Source: Chiloscyllium plagiosum
Taxonomy: Eukaryota
Length of the DNA: 64,000 bases
Assembly (NCBI RefSeq): GCF_004010195.1
Contig: NC_057750.1
Coordinates: 4,040,382 to 4,104,381 of the forward strand
Direction: 5' to 3'
A model generated the notes under the pieces. That model ran no database searches, was not told the origin of the DNA, and saw only the letters and a list, made by a program, of their open reading frames with translations. The first letter of the stretch is position 1. Every line of letters begins with the position of its first letter. Shown here piece by piece: positions 62,100 through 64,000 of this stretch. Made by a program: the position numbers and the translations under genes.

Positions 62100-64000
62100 T
62101 ATGCCATTACATATAGACTGGGTGCACAAAATTTAGCACTAAAGTTGTGGAGGACGAGTTTCTGGAGTGAGTTAGGGATGTTTGTAAGAGCAATGTGTTG
62201 AAAAAGCAGCAGGAGGATGTGCTATTTTCGATCTAGTCAGAGTCTTGGTGAAATAGTACAGAAGACTCCTTTTGGCCATCAAGCCTGTGTCAACCTATTT
62301 ACATTAATCACATTTTCCAGCGCTGGATCTATAGCTTTGAATGTTAAGACATTTCAAGTGTTCATCCACGCACCTTTTGAGGTTTCCTGCATCTCCTACC
62401 CATCTAGGCAGAATGTAATGAAGAAGTGTGAATTAACAATCTTGTTGTCCAAGAAACATAAGTGCCCACAATATGGCAGAAACTTACACTATGGTCGAAA
62501 GTGAGGTAGTTAATTCTGAAGCAAGTGTTAAGTTTAAATAAGGGAAATTATGAAGGCATGAAATGTGTTAAAAGGCATATGTATACAGTATAAAGGCAAT
62601 GGATAGTCTTTAAATAACTATTGCATAACTTACAGCAACTATACAGTGCTTCAAAATGCAAAAACTCAAAAGGTCAGTCAATTGTGGCTAACCACAAAGT
62701 TCAAAATTATATAAGATTAAAACCAATGTCTCTGCAGTTGCCCAAAATAGGAGTAGTGCTGAGGAATGATTTTTTTATAGAATACAACAAAATGAAGATC
62801 AAGAAACTGATAGGGGGTGCAAATATTCTAGAGTAAAAATGATGTCACTATAGTCCTATCTGACTGTCAGGCTGCTTTCTCAGAGATAACTGGTAGTCTA
62901 ACTGAGTCACCATATCTTAGTTGAGGGGTGAGATTATGAATACAATATGGGCTGAGGCATGGAAAGTGTAAACTCTTCTATCGGTATGTAAAAAGGAAAT
63001 GTTTGACTAAAATATATGTGGATCCAAATGTGGGACAGGGGTAGGTGAAGAAATTTAAAATGGGGAGTAGAGAAATGACAAATTTAGTGATTACCTTGTA
63101 TGGTGTCTTGCTTAGAAAATAGACACAAAAATATCCCAGAACTCGAGATCCAAGTCTCTGGGAGAATTAGAAGATTAGTACTTTGGGGTGGGGGGGGGCA
63201 TTGGGGAATCAGGTGAAATATTGCTAAACGTGCAGATGATAGAAAACAAAGTGGCAATCTGTTCTAAGGAAGATGTCAAGCAGCGTCAAGATTTGGACAG
63301 ACTTAGTGAATGGGCAAAAACATCACAGATGGAATACAATGCGAAAAAAATGAGGTTCATTTGGCAGAAATACTCTGCTCTATCAAAAGCAAGGTGTTGG
63401 TAAGTTTAGGTGTACAAAGGGATTCAAGTATCCTTTCTGATAAAGCTTTTGCTCAAAGCCTTCATGCAGGTGCAGCAAGTGATTAGGACGGCTCAGGGAG
63501 CATTAGCCTTTATTACAAGAGGAATAGAATCTAAGAACCATGAAGCCCTTGCTTTGTTTGTGGAAGAGTTTCATGGGACTGTACCTGGTGTTCTATGTAG
63601 AGTTTTTGGCTCCTTTCCTCAGAAAACATGTTATTGCCGTTGGGGGAGGGAAGTTCATCAGTTTCACCAGACTTGTTCCGGGAATGGTAGGTGTGTCCTG
63701 TTAAGAGAGTGTGGGCAAATTGGGCTTGTGTTATTTATAGTTCTGAAGAAATGAGAGGTGATCACATTAGAATCTACAAAATATTTAAAGGGTTAGATGT
63801 AGGTAAAATGTTTACCCTGTTTGAGATCTCTCGAACCAGGAGGCACAATTTAAAAATGAGATCCACTGAATTTAGGAATTATTTTACTTAGGATGGCAAA
63901 CCTTTTTAGAGCTCTCTGCCAAAGAGAGTTTTAGCAGTTCAGTCAGAGTATGTTTAAGGTGAGAAAGATCAATAGATTTCTGATTATCAGTGCTCTGATA
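62100..64000 (+). mobile_element. Very old CR1-type LINE remnants
   Basis: RQDLDRLSEWAKTSQMEYNAKK and MRGDHIRIYKIFKGLD peptides. Confidence 0.7.

Overview
Vertebrate genomic DNA, almost certainly from a shark or other elasmobranch: it carries HE1-type V-SINEs, Deu-domain SINEs and CR1, Rex/Babar, Tx1-like and Penelope-like retroelements. Much of the window is decayed transposable elements, and none of the listed ORFs is an intact gene. The one clear host feature is a CpG-island promoter at about 19.0-20.7 kb. It has four ZNF143/SBS motifs, NRF1, YY1 and two RFX X-boxes. A + strand first exon ends at a consensus donor (19855|GTAAG), and most of the right-hand 44 kb appears to be intron. I could not identify the gene. 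A ~34-bp minisatellite sits just left of the promoter and has been split by a Rex/Babar LINE. The most interesting signal is a dispersed set of minimal type I hammerhead-ribozyme motifs (CTGANGA-stem II-GAAA-NN-TH) at the 3' ends of at least three Penelope-like families. They occur as tiny TSD-flanked insertions, as a tandem pair and as fold-back palindromes, one of which pivots exactly on the ribozyme stem III palindrome. All calls were made by eye; most boundaries are approximate (+/-20-50 bp) unless a TSD or splice site fixes them.
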